Positions 25,243-34,346 are shown, counted from the first letter of the stretch. The stretch is 64,000 nt of DNA from Candidatus Parcubacteria bacterium (GCA_963718875.1 OY970378.1:324396-388395), one strand, 5' to 3'. Notes: generated by a model from the sequence alone, not told the origin. Program-made: numbers and translations.

Positions 25243-25292
25243 TTTCAATGACATCAGTAACATGATGTTTGGAGGTGAGAGCTGGGTCAACT

Positions 25293-25322
25293 AAAAAACT
25301 GCTCAGGTTCGAGCAGTTTTTT
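25293..25322. terminator. bidirectional intrinsic terminator between rnhA and rnpB
   Basis: AAAAAACTGCTC-aggttc-GAGCAGTTTTTT: 6-bp stem with an A-tract on one side and a T-tract on the other. Confidence 0.55.
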
Positions 25323-25323
25323 A

Positions 25324-25720
25324 GTTGCCAGACTATCTGTAAGCCGGATTTTGTATCTCGCCAGAAGGCGGGACGATGACCATCTATCTAGTCCCATAAT
25401 TGCTTATAGGATCAAGCGGGTTCAAACATTGGGGAGACGAGCAGCCTCTTATCCCAACTCCTTGCAGCAGACGGGGTTTACCTCCCTTTAATGTCACCAT
25501 TATTGGCTGAGCGCTTTTACCGCTCTCGTTTCACCCTTACCTCCACTTACGGAGGCGGTCTCGTTTCTGTGGCACTTTCCCTAGGCTTTAGTGTAAATGG
25601 ATTCTCGAGAGCTCCCATTTACACTTACTCCCGGTTGCCGTTAGCAACCGTCATTGCTCTATGCTGTCCGGACTTTCCTCTCCACGTTAATGGAGCGGCC
25701 ATCCAATAGTCTAGCGAGGT
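25324..25720 (-). ncRNA. rnpB: RNase P RNA, bacterial type A
   Basis: Minus strand shows GAGGAAAGTCCGGAC (P4 5' strand), GGGAAAGTGCCACAGAAA, AGGGTGAAACGAGAGCGGTAAAAGCGC and ACAAAATCCGGCTTACAGATAGTCTGGC (P4 3' strand plus P1). P1 pairs GCTAGACTAT with ATAGTCTGGC. Ends are approximate to within 5 nt. Confidence 0.75.
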
Positions 25721-25732
25721 CAATTATAACAA

Positions 25733-25766
25733 AAAACAGGCTTTTTGACCAGTATTCGGGTATAAT
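25733..25766 (-). promoter_or_regulatory. candidate sigma-70-type promoter for rnpB (TATAAT -10; TGGTCA -35-like 17 nt upstream)
   Basis: Minus strand reads TGGTCAaaaagcctgttttttgtTATAAT, ending about 8 nt before the RNase P 5' end. Confidence 0.4.
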
Positions 25767-25901
25767 ACAGCCTAAGCCGATTGGATAGTTTTATAGTCTC
25801 TCCTTGGTTTACAGATGATCGTTCGACGGGACTATGTTTCGAGCGGAAACAACGAGAACCTGTTTAAGCCTTATATCGAACGAATATTACTCTAAAAAAA
25901 T

Positions 25902-27356
25902 ATGCAAAAACGAAGCGAACTTATTTTTAATTTAGCGCTGCTACCAATTGATTTTTTGGCAGTGTTAGCAGCTTTTGTGGCTGCCTACGCATACCGAGTA
26001 AAAATATTAACTACTCCAATTGTTAATCCATCGGGGATTGAGTTGTTTTTAAAGGTCTTTCTGGTGATAGTCCCGGTGTGGATCCTGATATTTGCGCTTT
26101 CTGGCCTCTATAGCCAATCGGTAATGCGAAGTCGTTTGAGCGAACTGGGCAAGATATTTGTGGCGGTGTCAGGGGGAACGATGTTTTTTATTTTGGTAGA
26201 TTTTGCCTCTAGGAAACCAATATTTCCGGCTAAGTCCATTCCGATTTATGGATATATCCTAAGTTTTATATTGGTAGCGCTGGGGCGCGAGGTAGTGAGG
26301 GCAATCCAGCGGTCGTTATTTGGATTGGGTATAGGGGTGCAGCGGACGCTCTTAGTTGGCAGCGGCAAGTTAGCTCAGCGACTATTGGGTGACCTAAAGA
26401 ATACTAAGCGGTCTGGTTATGACATTTTGGCCTCGGTTGATACGGCTAAGAACGCCGAAAAACGTCTTAAGGGTCTAACGGTGTATGCGACATTTGATGA
26501 GGCGCTCGCAAAATGTGGTGAGCTAGACGAAATAATTCAGGCTGATTCTGGGCTGGAGCAAGACGAAATATTGGAAATGATTAATTACGCTAGTAACCAT
26601 CATGTGCGATATCGGTTTGTGCCTAACCAGTTTGGTTTGTATGCCACTGGATCCACCATGGCTGCGATGGCTGGCATTCCAATGATCGAAATCCGGCCTA
26701 CGCCGCTTGATGGGTGGGGGAGGATTATAAAACGCAGCTTCGATATTGTTGGCGCTGGCGTGGGGCTAGTGGTGCTATCACCCGTGTTTTTAATAATCGG
26801 AATTGTTATCAAGCTGACTGATCCGGGTCCAATTTTTTATAAACATAAACGATTGAGTCGCATTGGCAAGGAAATATATGTGTATAAGTTTCGGTCGATG
26901 AAGGCTAAGTATTCGACGGGTGCTGGTTATAGCGGCAAGACGGATGAGGAGATTTTTGCCCAGGAGCTGGGCAAGCCAGAGCTGTTTGATGAGTTTAAAA
27001 AAGAACAAAAATTAATTAAAGACCCGCGAGTGAGTAAGGTGGGCGGTTATTTACGTAAAACAAGCTTGGATGAGCTCCCACAGCTCTACAATGTGCTAAT
27101 GGGCAACATTAGCTTGGTGGGGCCGAGGCCGATTGTTGAGGCAGAGCTGGCACATTATGGAAGTGAAATTTCGACGTTCTTTGCCCTCAAGCCAGGGGTA
27201 ACGGGCTTGTGGCAGATATCTGGACGCAGCGATATTGGTTATGATGAACGAGTTAAATTAGATATTTACTATGTTGAAAACTGGAGCTTACTTCTGGATA
27301 TGAAGATTTTGCTTAAAACAGTGGCGTCGTTAGTGCGCGGCAAAGGGGCTTACTAG
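25902..27356 (+). CDS. polyprenyl-phosphate hexose-1-phosphate transferase (WbaP/WcaJ bacterial sugar transferase family)
   Basis: Four to five N-terminal TM helices and a C-terminal sugar transferase domain (KRSFDIVGAGVGLVVLSPVF ... PGVTGLWQISGRSD). Confidence 0.8.
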   Translation: MQKRSELIFNLALLPIDFLAVLAAFVAAYAYRVKILTTPIVNPSGIELFLKVFLVIVPVWILIFALSGLYSQSVMRSRLSELGKIFVAVSGGTMFFILVDFASRKPIFPAKSIPIYGYILSFILVALGREVVRAIQRSLFGLGIGVQRTLLVGSGKLAQRLLGDLKNTKRSGYDILASVDTAKNAEKRLKGLTVYATFDEALAKCGELDEIIQADSGLEQDEILEMINYASNHHVRYRFVPNQFGLYATGSTMAAMAGIPMIEIRPTPLDGWGRIIKRSFDIVGAGVGLVVLSPVFLIIGIVIKLTDPGPIFYKHKRLSRIGKEIYVYKFRSMKAKYSTGAGYSGKTDEEIFAQELGKPELFDEFKKEQKLIKDPRVSKVGGYLRKTSLDELPQLYNVLMGNISLVGPRPIVEAELAHYGSEISTFFALKPGVTGLWQISGRSDIGYDERVKLDIYYVENWSLLLDMKILLKTVASLVRGKGAY

Positions 27357-27426
27357 TCATGAGTTTTGACTCGAGAGTGGTGAGGGGGGTGCTTTTAGAG
27401 CGGAATTTTGAATCTGGATTTTCTAA

Positions 27427-27534
27427 TTGTCATCCTGAACTCCGTTTTTGTCATCCCGGACCGGAAGGCTTTAGCCGCTCCGGATCCGGGAACCACCAAC
27501 TGACGTGGATCCTGAAACTAGTTCAGGATGACAA
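27427..27534. repeat. family A composite element: outer inverted repeat TTGTCATCCTGAAC/GTTCAGGATGACAA enclosing inner GTCATCCCGGACCGGAAGGC ... CCGGATCCGGG hairpin
   Basis: Nested inverted repeats between the sugar transferase and GT4 genes. Confidence 0.6.
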
Positions 27535-27615
27535 TTCAAAAAAAATAGTTAAATGGAGTAGGTTTTCCTCGCTCTTCATTCATAATTCATCAGTCGCAGC
27601 ACTTGAGGCTTGTAG

Positions 27616-28782
27616 GTGAGCACTCAAGACTCAAAACTCACAACTCACGACTCGCAAAGTCCGCGAATCGCTTTGGTTCACGATTGGATTACACGTCGGG
27701 GTGGGGCAGAGCGGGTGCTTGATGTGCTGCACCAAGTGTGGCCGGAAGCGCCTATCTATACCTCGCTATACAATCCGGCGATGTTTCCAGAGTTTGCCGA
27801 GGCTGAGGTTAAGAGTACGTGGCTAAATTACATCAAGCTAGCTCAAAAAAAACATCAGCTGTTCGCGGTGCCGCGGGGGTGGGTTTACCGCACAATTGAC
27901 CTAAGTGATTATGACATTGTGGTAAGTTCTTGCAGTGCTGAGAGTAAATATGTAAAAACTGGTCCAAATACACTACATATTTGCTACTGTTACACGCCCA
28001 TACGCTACTACTGGAGTGATTATAAATGGTATCTTAAGCATCCACCATTTGGAGTGCTAAATCCGCTAGTTAAGTTTGTTTTACCTGCCTTAATTGGCTA
28101 CTTGCGTAAACAAGATTACAAAATGGCTCAAAAAGTAGATGTGTTCGTAACGCAGTCAAAGTATATTCAAGCTCGGATTAAGAAGTATTATGATCGCGAT
28201 TCAGTAGTGATACATCCGCCTACGCCCACAAAACTGTTTTTGGACTTAAAAAAGAAGCCCGGTGAGTATTACTTGATTGTGGGCAGACAAGTGGCCTACA
28301 AACGCTTGGATTTGGCTGTAGAAGCTTTTAATAAGTTGGGATTGCCGCTGGTAATTGCCGGAGCAGGCGAGGAGATTGCTGTCCAAAAGAAACTAGCCAA
28401 GAGTAACATTACGTTTTTGGGGTTTGTGCCGGATGGCGATTTGCCTCAACTTTATGCTGGAGCCAAGGCGGTTTTGTATCCGCAAGAAGAGGATTATGGA
28501 CTAGTACCGATTGAAGCGCAGGCTGCGGGGACGCCGGTGATTGCATTTTCAAAAGGCGGTGCGTCCGAAACCGTTGTAGATGGAACAACAGGTGTGTTGT
28601 TTGATGAGCAAACCACAACGGGACTGATAGAGGCAATTAATCGCTTCGTAAAGTTAAAATTTGACCCTAAGGTATTGCGCGAACATGCTAAAAAATTTGA
28701 TGAAGAAGTTTTTAAGCGTAAGATTAAGGAATTTGTGAAAGCAGAATACACGAAGTTTAAAGAAACCAAAAAAGTGATATGA
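27616..28782 (+). CDS. glycosyltransferase family 4
   Basis: GT4 C-terminal signature (YPQEEDYGLVPIEAQAAGTPVIAFSKGGASETV). Confidence 0.75.
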   Translation: MSTQDSKLTTHDSQSPRIALVHDWITRRGGAERVLDVLHQVWPEAPIYTSLYNPAMFPEFAEAEVKSTWLNYIKLAQKKHQLFAVPRGWVYRTIDLSDYDIVVSSCSAESKYVKTGPNTLHICYCYTPIRYYWSDYKWYLKHPPFGVLNPLVKFVLPALIGYLRKQDYKMAQKVDVFVTQSKYIQARIKKYYDRDSVVIHPPTPTKLFLDLKKKPGEYYLIVGRQVAYKRLDLAVEAFNKLGLPLVIAGAGEEIAVQKKLAKSNITFLGFVPDGDLPQLYAGAKAVLYPQEEDYGLVPIEAQAAGTPVIAFSKGGASETVVDGTTGVLFDEQTTTGLIEAINRFVKLKFDPKVLREHAKKFDEEVFKRKIKEFVKAEYTKFKETKKVI

Positions 28783-28822
28783 TTCAGTGTGGTCGTTTAT
28801 TTAAGCAGGGGCTTTAATTATT

Positions 28823-29587
28823 ATGTCAGTCGGAGAAGGATTATCAAATCATGAGGTTTTTGAGACAAACGTTGATCCGGAGTTTTCGCGAGTATTGGAC
28901 GAAGCAGCGCAATATGTGACTAATAATATAGACCTGGTGATTAATGGTCAGCTAATTGAGCACCCATTCAAAGGTACATATACTATGGCGGCTGTAGTGG
29001 TTGGCGCTGAAGCGGCCGAGAAAAGTGGAGAAGAGTTGCTTGCCGCGGGTTCTGCGAAGAGTAAAAGTGAACACCTAGAAGAAACCATGGGATATGGTGA
29101 CTTGAGCCCAATTGCCTTTAGGAAGGCAAAACAACTGGTTGAAATTGCCGAAAGCTTACCAGCAGATAAATTACGAACAAGTAATCCTGAAACAGTAGGA
29201 GCGTTAGTTGAGTCTGGGGATGACCATTTATTTATGGGTGGAAGCAGGATTGACAGCAATGAGCCAGGAAGCCAAAAGTTTATTATTGGGACAAGCGGCG
29301 GGGAGGGAACAGCTGAGCTTATTAGGGCATTATTCCCAGATGAAACATTTGATTTTGAGAACAATCCTACTGAGCTTGAGCGGGGAGCAGGTTTGTTAGA
29401 TGAGCTTGTATCTCGACTTGCGGGTGGATTAATGATATTTAAAGCCATGGGCAGACCAATACCTGAAAGGATGACGCTTGAGCTCTCTCAGCTTCAGCAG
29501 GGTAACATTGCTGCTATTGAAGAGGCTGTGGCGGAAGTTCCTGGTAACAAAAAGCCCGATGGTTCTCAGTCAGTTAGCATAGATTAG
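28823..29587 (+). CDS. hypothetical protein
   Basis: 254-aa ORF with typical local codon usage and no recognised motif. Confidence 0.45.
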   Translation: MSVGEGLSNHEVFETNVDPEFSRVLDEAAQYVTNNIDLVINGQLIEHPFKGTYTMAAVVVGAEAAEKSGEELLAAGSAKSKSEHLEETMGYGDLSPIAFRKAKQLVEIAESLPADKLRTSNPETVGALVESGDDHLFMGGSRIDSNEPGSQKFIIGTSGGEGTAELIRALFPDETFDFENNPTELERGAGLLDELVSRLAGGLMIFKAMGRPIPERMTLELSQLQQGNIAAIEEAVAEVPGNKKPDGSQSVSID

Positions 29588-29596
29588 AACAATACA

Positions 29597-29971
29597 ATGC
29601 CATTAATAAGATGTGATTACTCTAAAGAACAAATTTCTGAGCAGCAAATTAGCGAGATAGTAAAATTATTACTCAAAGTGTCTGAAGACGCGTTTAATTA
29701 TTCTCCTGAGCAAGCACTTGAGTTGGTGTCGATTTTTTCTGCTCCTTATGGTAAGTCGGATCATTCGGCCGCTGCAGCAGAAATTGAATTAAGAGCTAAA
29801 ATTGGTGAATTTGATCATCCTGCTATGTCTAGGGATGAGGTGCGTGTGCTGAAAATGCAACCTTATGAGGTGGCGTTAAAAGATTATATTCAAAGAGAAA
29901 ATCTTGTAAACGGTATTGTATTTACGATTACTTTTGAAGATTGGAAAGTTTCGTTTTTGCCTGGATCCTAA
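29597..29971 (+). CDS. tautomerase-superfamily-like protein (N-terminal Pro1; Tautomerase_3-like), native GC
   Basis: Begins MPLIRCDY. About 124 aa. Confidence 0.35.
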   Translation: MPLIRCDYSKEQISEQQISEIVKLLLKVSEDAFNYSPEQALELVSIFSAPYGKSDHSAAAAEIELRAKIGEFDHPAMSRDEVRVLKMQPYEVALKDYIQRENLVNGIVFTITFEDWKVSFLPGS

Positions 29972-30089
29972 TTGACTAGTTTAAAAAGCATTCGAGCCCG
30001 CGTTAGCGGGCAAGAATGCCTACTAATCACGGGCTCGGCGGAGTGACCTAGTATTTAATGGACTAGGTACGGCTCCTTGCACTGCACGG

Positions 30090-30467
30090 TTACTTCGTTT
30101 CGGTCCAGACGTAGGGACCGAGCTTGGTCCAGCTTGCCACCTTGCGGTCGGTGGCCAGGAGTTCCTTGACCCGCCTGTCGATTTCGAGGCCGCGCTCTGG
30201 CAGATTGGCAGCGCGGTCTGGGTAGTCCATGGCCTCGATGTCGAGCACGACGCCAGCGTTGCTGTGGTTGCCGGGACCGGAGACGTCGAACGGATAGAAC
30301 TCCGTGTCCTCGTCGGGGTCGAGCTGGATGAACGTGCCGGCATCGCCGATGGGGTTGGGAACGAAACAGGAATGCACGGCGGCGACGATCGCGCGGATGC
30401 CAGCCTCGTTGTCCCTCACTGTCTGAACAAGGTCAGGATCGCTTATGTAAGCCTTGATGAGGGGCAT
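30090..30467 (-). CDS. tautomerase-superfamily-like protein (N-terminal Pro1), high-GC xenolog of the adjacent gene
   Basis: Begins MPLIKAYI. About 125 aa. GC about 60% by eye. Confidence 0.35.
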   Translation of the reverse strand: MPLIKAYISDPDLVQTVRDNEAGIRAIVAAVHSCFVPNPIGDAGTFIQLDPDEDTEFYPFDVSGPGNHSNAGVVLDIEAMDYPDRAANLPERGLEIDRRVKELLATDRKVASWTKLGPYVWTETK

Positions 30468-30611
30468 GTGAGCCCTCCTCTGTGTTTGGGGGTGTGCAAG
30501 GGGCGTCTCGGAACTGCCGAGTCAGTCGCTTCTGTCTCCAGATTTGATCACTACATGATATCACAAGTGTCATAAAAAGTCAAACTATATTTTTTGAGTT
30601 TCACCTCAATC

Positions 30612-30657
30612 TGTCATCCCGGACCAGGAGGCTTTTAGCTGCTCCAGATCCGGGATC
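30612..30657. repeat. family A element (TGTCATCCCGGACCAGGAGGC ... GCTCCAGATCCGGGATCC)
   Basis: Inverted arms. Confidence 0.55.
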
Positions 30658-30680
30658 CAGATTTTTTTTATTTTTTTTAG

Positions 30681-30741
30681 ATTCCCTACCCGAAGCGCCA
30701 AACTAGGCAATGGCAGAGTTTGGCTTCCGATAGGGAATGAC
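30681..30741. repeat. family A element, inverted orientation (ATTCCCTACCCGAAGCGCCAAACT ... AGTTTGGCTTCCGATAGGGAATGAC)
   Basis: Shares the AAACT ... AGTTTGG core with 18601-18667. Confidence 0.55.
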
Positions 30742-30818
30742 GGATAGGGAGGTTGGTTCACGGTGGATTGACTGGGACATACAAGTATCATATGATTCTT
30801 GTATGAATGGAGAATGGT

Positions 30819-31061
30819 ATGGCTACTAAGATTATCAATATTTCTTTGCCGGAGGAGTTGGTGGAGGTTATAGACCTAGAAGCTAAGGATCAATACGCTA
30901 GTAGGAGCGATTTTATTCGACAGACTTTGGTAGAGCGCTTGGCTTTGCGAAAGGAGTTGCAAAGCATACATAAGGAGGTGGCTGCATCTGCCAAAAAAGC
31001 TGGTATTAATACCGATGTAGATGTTGTTAGGGCAATTCGAGAATTACGCGAAGGCCGTTAG
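30819..31061 (+). CDS. ribbon-helix-helix (CopG/VapB-like) antitoxin
   Basis: GGAG Shine-Dalgarno 6 nt before the ATG. RHH pattern (MATKIINISLPEELVEVID ... RSDFIRQTLVERL). Confidence 0.6.
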   Translation: MATKIINISLPEELVEVIDLEAKDQYASRSDFIRQTLVERLALRKELQSIHKEVAASAKKAGINTDVDVVRAIRELREGR

Positions 31062-31468
31062 TGGTAGTTAGGATAGTAATTGATACTAATGTTTTGGTTT
31101 CAGCCTTCAGGTTTAATAAAGATCTTTTAAGTTTGATCGAAACTTGCTTGGCTGATAGTAGTATTAGGGTGTTTAGTTCTCTTGCTTGTTACAATGAGCT
31201 GATCAGGGTGTTGGTAGAAAAGTTTGATATCCCAGAAGAGGTAATTGCATCAGTTGAAAATACTTTTAAGCGCGTTAAGATTGTTAATCCAAGGATTAAA
31301 TTGCAAGTAGTGCGAGATGCATCGGATGATAAGTTTGTTGAGGCTGCTGTTGAGGCAAAAGCCGAATACATTATTTCTGGCGATAAGGACTTGTTGGCTT
31401 TGGGGAGTTATGAGGGGATTAAGATAGTTTCGCCAGCGGAATTTTTGACGGTGCTTGCGGCGAGGTAG
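31061..31468 (+). CDS. PIN-domain toxin (VapC-like)
   Basis: IVIDTNVLVSA N-terminal Asp plus the DDKFVEAA ... ISGDKDLL acidic residues. Start overlaps the antitoxin stop. Confidence 0.65.
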   Translation: MVVRIVIDTNVLVSAFRFNKDLLSLIETCLADSSIRVFSSLACYNELIRVLVEKFDIPEEVIASVENTFKRVKIVNPRIKLQVVRDASDDKFVEAAVEAKAEYIISGDKDLLALGSYEGIKIVSPAEFLTVLAAR

Positions 31469-31526
31469 GTATTTGGATAATCTCTTGCAAGGAGTGGATC
31501 ACCGGATTGTGGTCCGGGGCAGGTTC

Positions 31527-31552
31527 TGAAACTAGTTCAGGATGACAATCTA
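31527..31552. repeat. family A partial copy (CTGAAACTAGTTCAGGATGACAATC), identical to the 3' arm region of 27513-27534
   Basis: 24/25 nt identity to 27511-27535. Confidence 0.55.
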
Positions 31553-31600
31553 GGTAGTTCTCCTGTCGTCGAACAATAGCACTGCGTTATTTTTGTTTCT

Positions 31601-31651
31601 GGGTCCCCGATCCGGAGCGATTGAGTACAATCTTCCGGTCGAGGATGACAG
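31601..31651. repeat. family A element (GGGTCCCCGATCCGGAGCG ... CCGGTCGAGGATGACAG)
   Basis: Near-identical arms to 5762-5832. Confidence 0.55.
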
Positions 31652-31709
31652 TATGGCTTACTTAGCCGTTTTGGCCTGGGCGACTATGGCTTTGAAGGCG
31701 GTGGGTTGA

Positions 31710-32009
31710 TTAACGGCTGAGCTCAGCCAAGATTTTGCGGTCTACTTCAATGTTAGCTTTTTTGGCAGCACCCATAAATACGCTGTAGCTCATACCTTCT
31801 TCGCGCAAGGCGGCGTTGATACGAGTAATCCAAAGGGCGCGGAAGTCACGTTTTTTATTACGGCGGTCTCGGTAGCCGTAAGTAAGCGCCTTAAGGATGG
31901 CCTGTTTGGCCATGCGGATGCTAGAGCGACGGGCTAGGCCCATGCCTTTGGTTTGCTGGCGAATTTTTTTATGTTTGGAGTGGGTGCTTACGCCGCGTTT
32001 AACGCGCAT
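31710..32009 (-). CDS. rplT: 50S ribosomal protein L20
   Basis: MRVKRGVSTHSKHKKI ... YRDRRNKKRDFRALWITRINAA. Start at the internal ATG of ORF 31710-32138. Confidence 0.8.
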   Translation of the reverse strand: MRVKRGVSTHSKHKKIRQQTKGMGLARRSSIRMAKQAILKALTYGYRDRRNKKRDFRALWITRINAALREEGMSYSVFMGAAKKANIEVDRKILAELSR

Positions 32010-32139
32010 GGTGGGCTCCTTTAAAGGTAAGTTTTGACGATAAGGAATAAGGAATGAGGAATAATGGGTAGAAGCGAGGAAAGCTCCGTTCACTCCGATG
32101 ATTCTTAATTCATAATTCGCAACAATTGATAATTTCATA

Positions 32140-32343
32140 TTACTTAAAATACGTTCCTAACATTTTTTTGATGTTACCAGCATCTCCGCTTGAAACCTCG
32201 AACTCTTTAACGTATGTGCGCTTTAGTGAAGCGCCTTTGTGGGCAAGGAGGTGATTGCGATAGGCTTTACGACGGAGTAGCTTGCCGGTAGCAGAGAGCT
32301 TAATTCGTTTGGTCATTCCTTTGTGGCTTTTGAGCTTCGGCAT
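32140..32343 (-). CDS. rpmI: 50S ribosomal protein L35
   Basis: MPKLKSHKGMTKRIKL. Confidence 0.8.
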   Translation of the reverse strand: MPKLKSHKGMTKRIKLSATGKLLRRKAYRNHLLAHKGASLKRTYVKEFEVSSGDAGNIKKMLGTYFK

Positions 32344-32858
32344 CTTTTTTCTTTCCTATAATCATGTTTAAATCGCGGCCGGTCATTTGAGGTGGTTGTT
32401 CGACTTCGCCAATGTCTGCGAGTTGTTCTTGAACACGAGCCATGATGGCGCGGCCAAGGTCGGGGTGAGTAATTTCACGACCTCTAAAAATGAGGCTAAT
32501 CTTGACTTTGTTGCCCTCATCCAAAAACTTGCGGGCATTGCGCAGTTTGACCTGCAAATCATGTTCGCCAATTTTAAGCCCCAAGCGAACCTGCTTTACT
32601 TCAACAATCTTTTGATTGCGACGACTACGGTTTTCTTGCTTGGTCTGCTCGTAGCGGAACTTACCCCAATTGAGTACTTTTGCTACGGGAGGATTGGCGT
32701 TTGGAGCGATTTCGGCTAAATCGAGACCGGCGTTGACCGCTTCTGCAAGCGCTTCACTGAGACTAACAATACCCAGTTGGGTACCATCTTCACCGATCAG
32801 GCGAACCTGAGGGGCGCGAATCTCATGATTTAGGCGGATCTTGCTGATCTATGTCTCC
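32300..32858 (-). CDS. infC: translation initiation factor IF-3, initiating at a non-canonical ATC codon
   Basis: Reading frame ISKIRLNHEIRAPQVRLIGEDGTQLGIVSLSEALAEA ... matches the IF3 N- and C-domains. It continues in frame upstream of the listed ORF (32300-32584) up to a TAG. AAGGAG Shine-Dalgarno sits 6 nt before the ATC at 32856-32858. No in-frame ATG/GTG/TTG occurs upstream. Confidence 0.75.
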
Positions 32859-32952
32859 TTAAGTGCTTAAACCCATTGTGGGCTAGCTCTCGGGTGATTA
32901 TAGCAGCAAAGTCAGTACCAATCAATAGTTTGGATGGACTGCGAGTTGTGCA

Positions 32953-33016
32953 AGATCAAAGTTTGCAGACTTAAAATCAAATTTCTTGGGTGTCCGAGAT
33001 CAAAGTTTGACTTACA
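32953..33016. repeat. family B degenerate copy upstream of infC
   Basis: GATCAAAGTTTGCAGACTTAAAATCAAA ... GAGATCAAAGTTTGACTTACAT. Confidence 0.4.
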
Positions 33017-33048
33017 TAACCCGAAATCTGAAGTAGTGATTAGAGTGT

Positions 33049-33927
33049 CTATAGGCCGGATTTGATATCTCCAAGCTGCTTTTCGGTAATAATGCGGATT
33101 CGGCGGTCGGTAAGCCGGATGGCAATGGGGGTGCGTCCGGCGACTTTGCCATCAATCATAATGCCTGTGGCGGGTTCGGTGGATATAACCACGCGTTGCC
33201 CGTGCAGGCGGGTAGAGGGAATGTCTTGTGTTGACTTTGCCCCTTTAAGATGTCGCCATAGGTAAGTGGCCATACTGGTGGTGCTGGGTTTCTCGATGGC
33301 ACTAATTTCTAACTCGTTGCTGGCCAGGGGGTTGCTAAATTTTTGGTTTGTTAGGGATAAGCTAAATATGTTGGCGTCAATTTCAAGCTTGTCGTCTATA
33401 GTGAGGTGGCATTGCAAGGTTTGGTAATGTCGAGCGTGCCCAAAGGCCGCTTTAAATTGTCCTAAGCGTTGTTTTATTTTTTGTTCGGGAGCTATGTCAA
33501 CGTTTTTGTCCAAATCGGTCTCAAAGCCAAGGGTAAGCGTGGATAAGAAAAATTTTTGTCCGGCGGCAATCAATCCGTAGCTAGTAATCCGTCTGGCTGC
33601 TAACACGCCGACTGCTTGTTGCCAGCTACTAATACCAAACTGGTTGGCCAGGGCATTGGTGCTACCTATAGGGATAATACCAAGTGCAGCATTACTTCCG
33701 GCCAATCCATTTACAACTTCGTTAACGGTGTTATCGCCACCAATAACAACCACCGTGGTAAAGCCTTTTTCAACGGCCACTTTGGCCATTTTGGTAGCTT
33801 CGCCGGGGCCGGTGGTTTTGGCAAACTCACCGCCAATGCCGACACTGTTTAATTCGGCCCGCAGCTTGTCTTGGATGCCATTGATTGCGCCCCGGTTTGA
33901 TGATGGGTTAATGATGTAGTAATACAT
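33049..33927 (-). CDS. diacylglycerol kinase catalytic-domain family lipid kinase (YegS/DgkB-like)
   Basis: MYYYIINPSS ... VVVIGGDNTVNEVVNGL ... IIPIGSTNALA. Confidence 0.7.
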   Translation of the reverse strand: MYYYIINPSSNRGAINGIQDKLRAELNSVGIGGEFAKTTGPGEATKMAKVAVEKGFTTVVVIGGDNTVNEVVNGLAGSNAALGIIPIGSTNALANQFGISSWQQAVGVLAARRITSYGLIAAGQKFFLSTLTLGFETDLDKNVDIAPEQKIKQRLGQFKAAFGHARHYQTLQCHLTIDDKLEIDANIFSLSLTNQKFSNPLASNELEISAIEKPSTTSMATYLWRHLKGAKSTQDIPSTRLHGQRVVISTEPATGIMIDGKVAGRTPIAIRLTDRRIRIITEKQLGDIKSGL

Positions 33928-33944
33928 ATTTCCTTTTGAATCGT

Positions 33945-34346
33945 TTAAGAGTCCAGGTTCGAGTCGGTATCTGATGGGTGAGGGAGCGGGCTGCGAGCCT
34001 CAGTCATTTTGCTTTCTCCTATAAATACTGCTCCGCTAGAGATTGAGAGGAGACCGGTTGTGATCGTGCCGTGTACTCGTCCGCTCTCGGCTATATTGGT
34101 TTCGCCTTCTGCGGTGACATTGCCAGTGAGCTGGCCGCCAATCCATACGTTAGTGGCCGAGATGTTGGCTTTTACTACGGCGTTAATGCCTAGCGAGACG
34201 TTTCCGCCCGCCTTAATGTCGCCGCTAAAAACCCCGTCAATGATGATGTCGGTTTCACTTACCAAATTGCCCTTGGCCGAAACGCCCGTTCCGATAATAG
34301 TTTCAGAGCTGCCGGTTACACTTAAAGCATCAGATTTTTTGGCCAT
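33945..34346 (-). CDS. bactofilin (polymer-forming cytoskeletal protein)
   Basis: Repetitive beta-helical G/V/S-rich pattern typical of DUF583 bactofilins. Confidence 0.65.
   Translation of the reverse strand: MAKKSDALSVTGSSETIIGTGVSAKGNLVSETDIIIDGVFSGDIKAGGNVSLGINAVVKANISATNVWIGGQLTGNVTAEGETNIAESGRVHGTITTGLLSISSGAVFIGESKMTEARSPLPHPSDTDSNLDS

Noticed and set aside
25491-25709. 72-aa plus-strand ORF
   Set aside because: Lies entirely within the RNase P RNA gene on the opposite strand.
25760-25790. Plus-strand TTGACC...TATAAT as the promoter for the sugar-transferase gene
   Set aside because: The spacer between the hexamers is only about 10 nt. The same TATAAT fits better as the -10 element of the minus-strand rnpB promoter.
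30023-30343. 106-aa minus-strand ORF (Ser/Thr/Pro/Arg-rich)
   Set aside because: Alternative frame of the high-GC tautomerase-like gene, with low-complexity composition.
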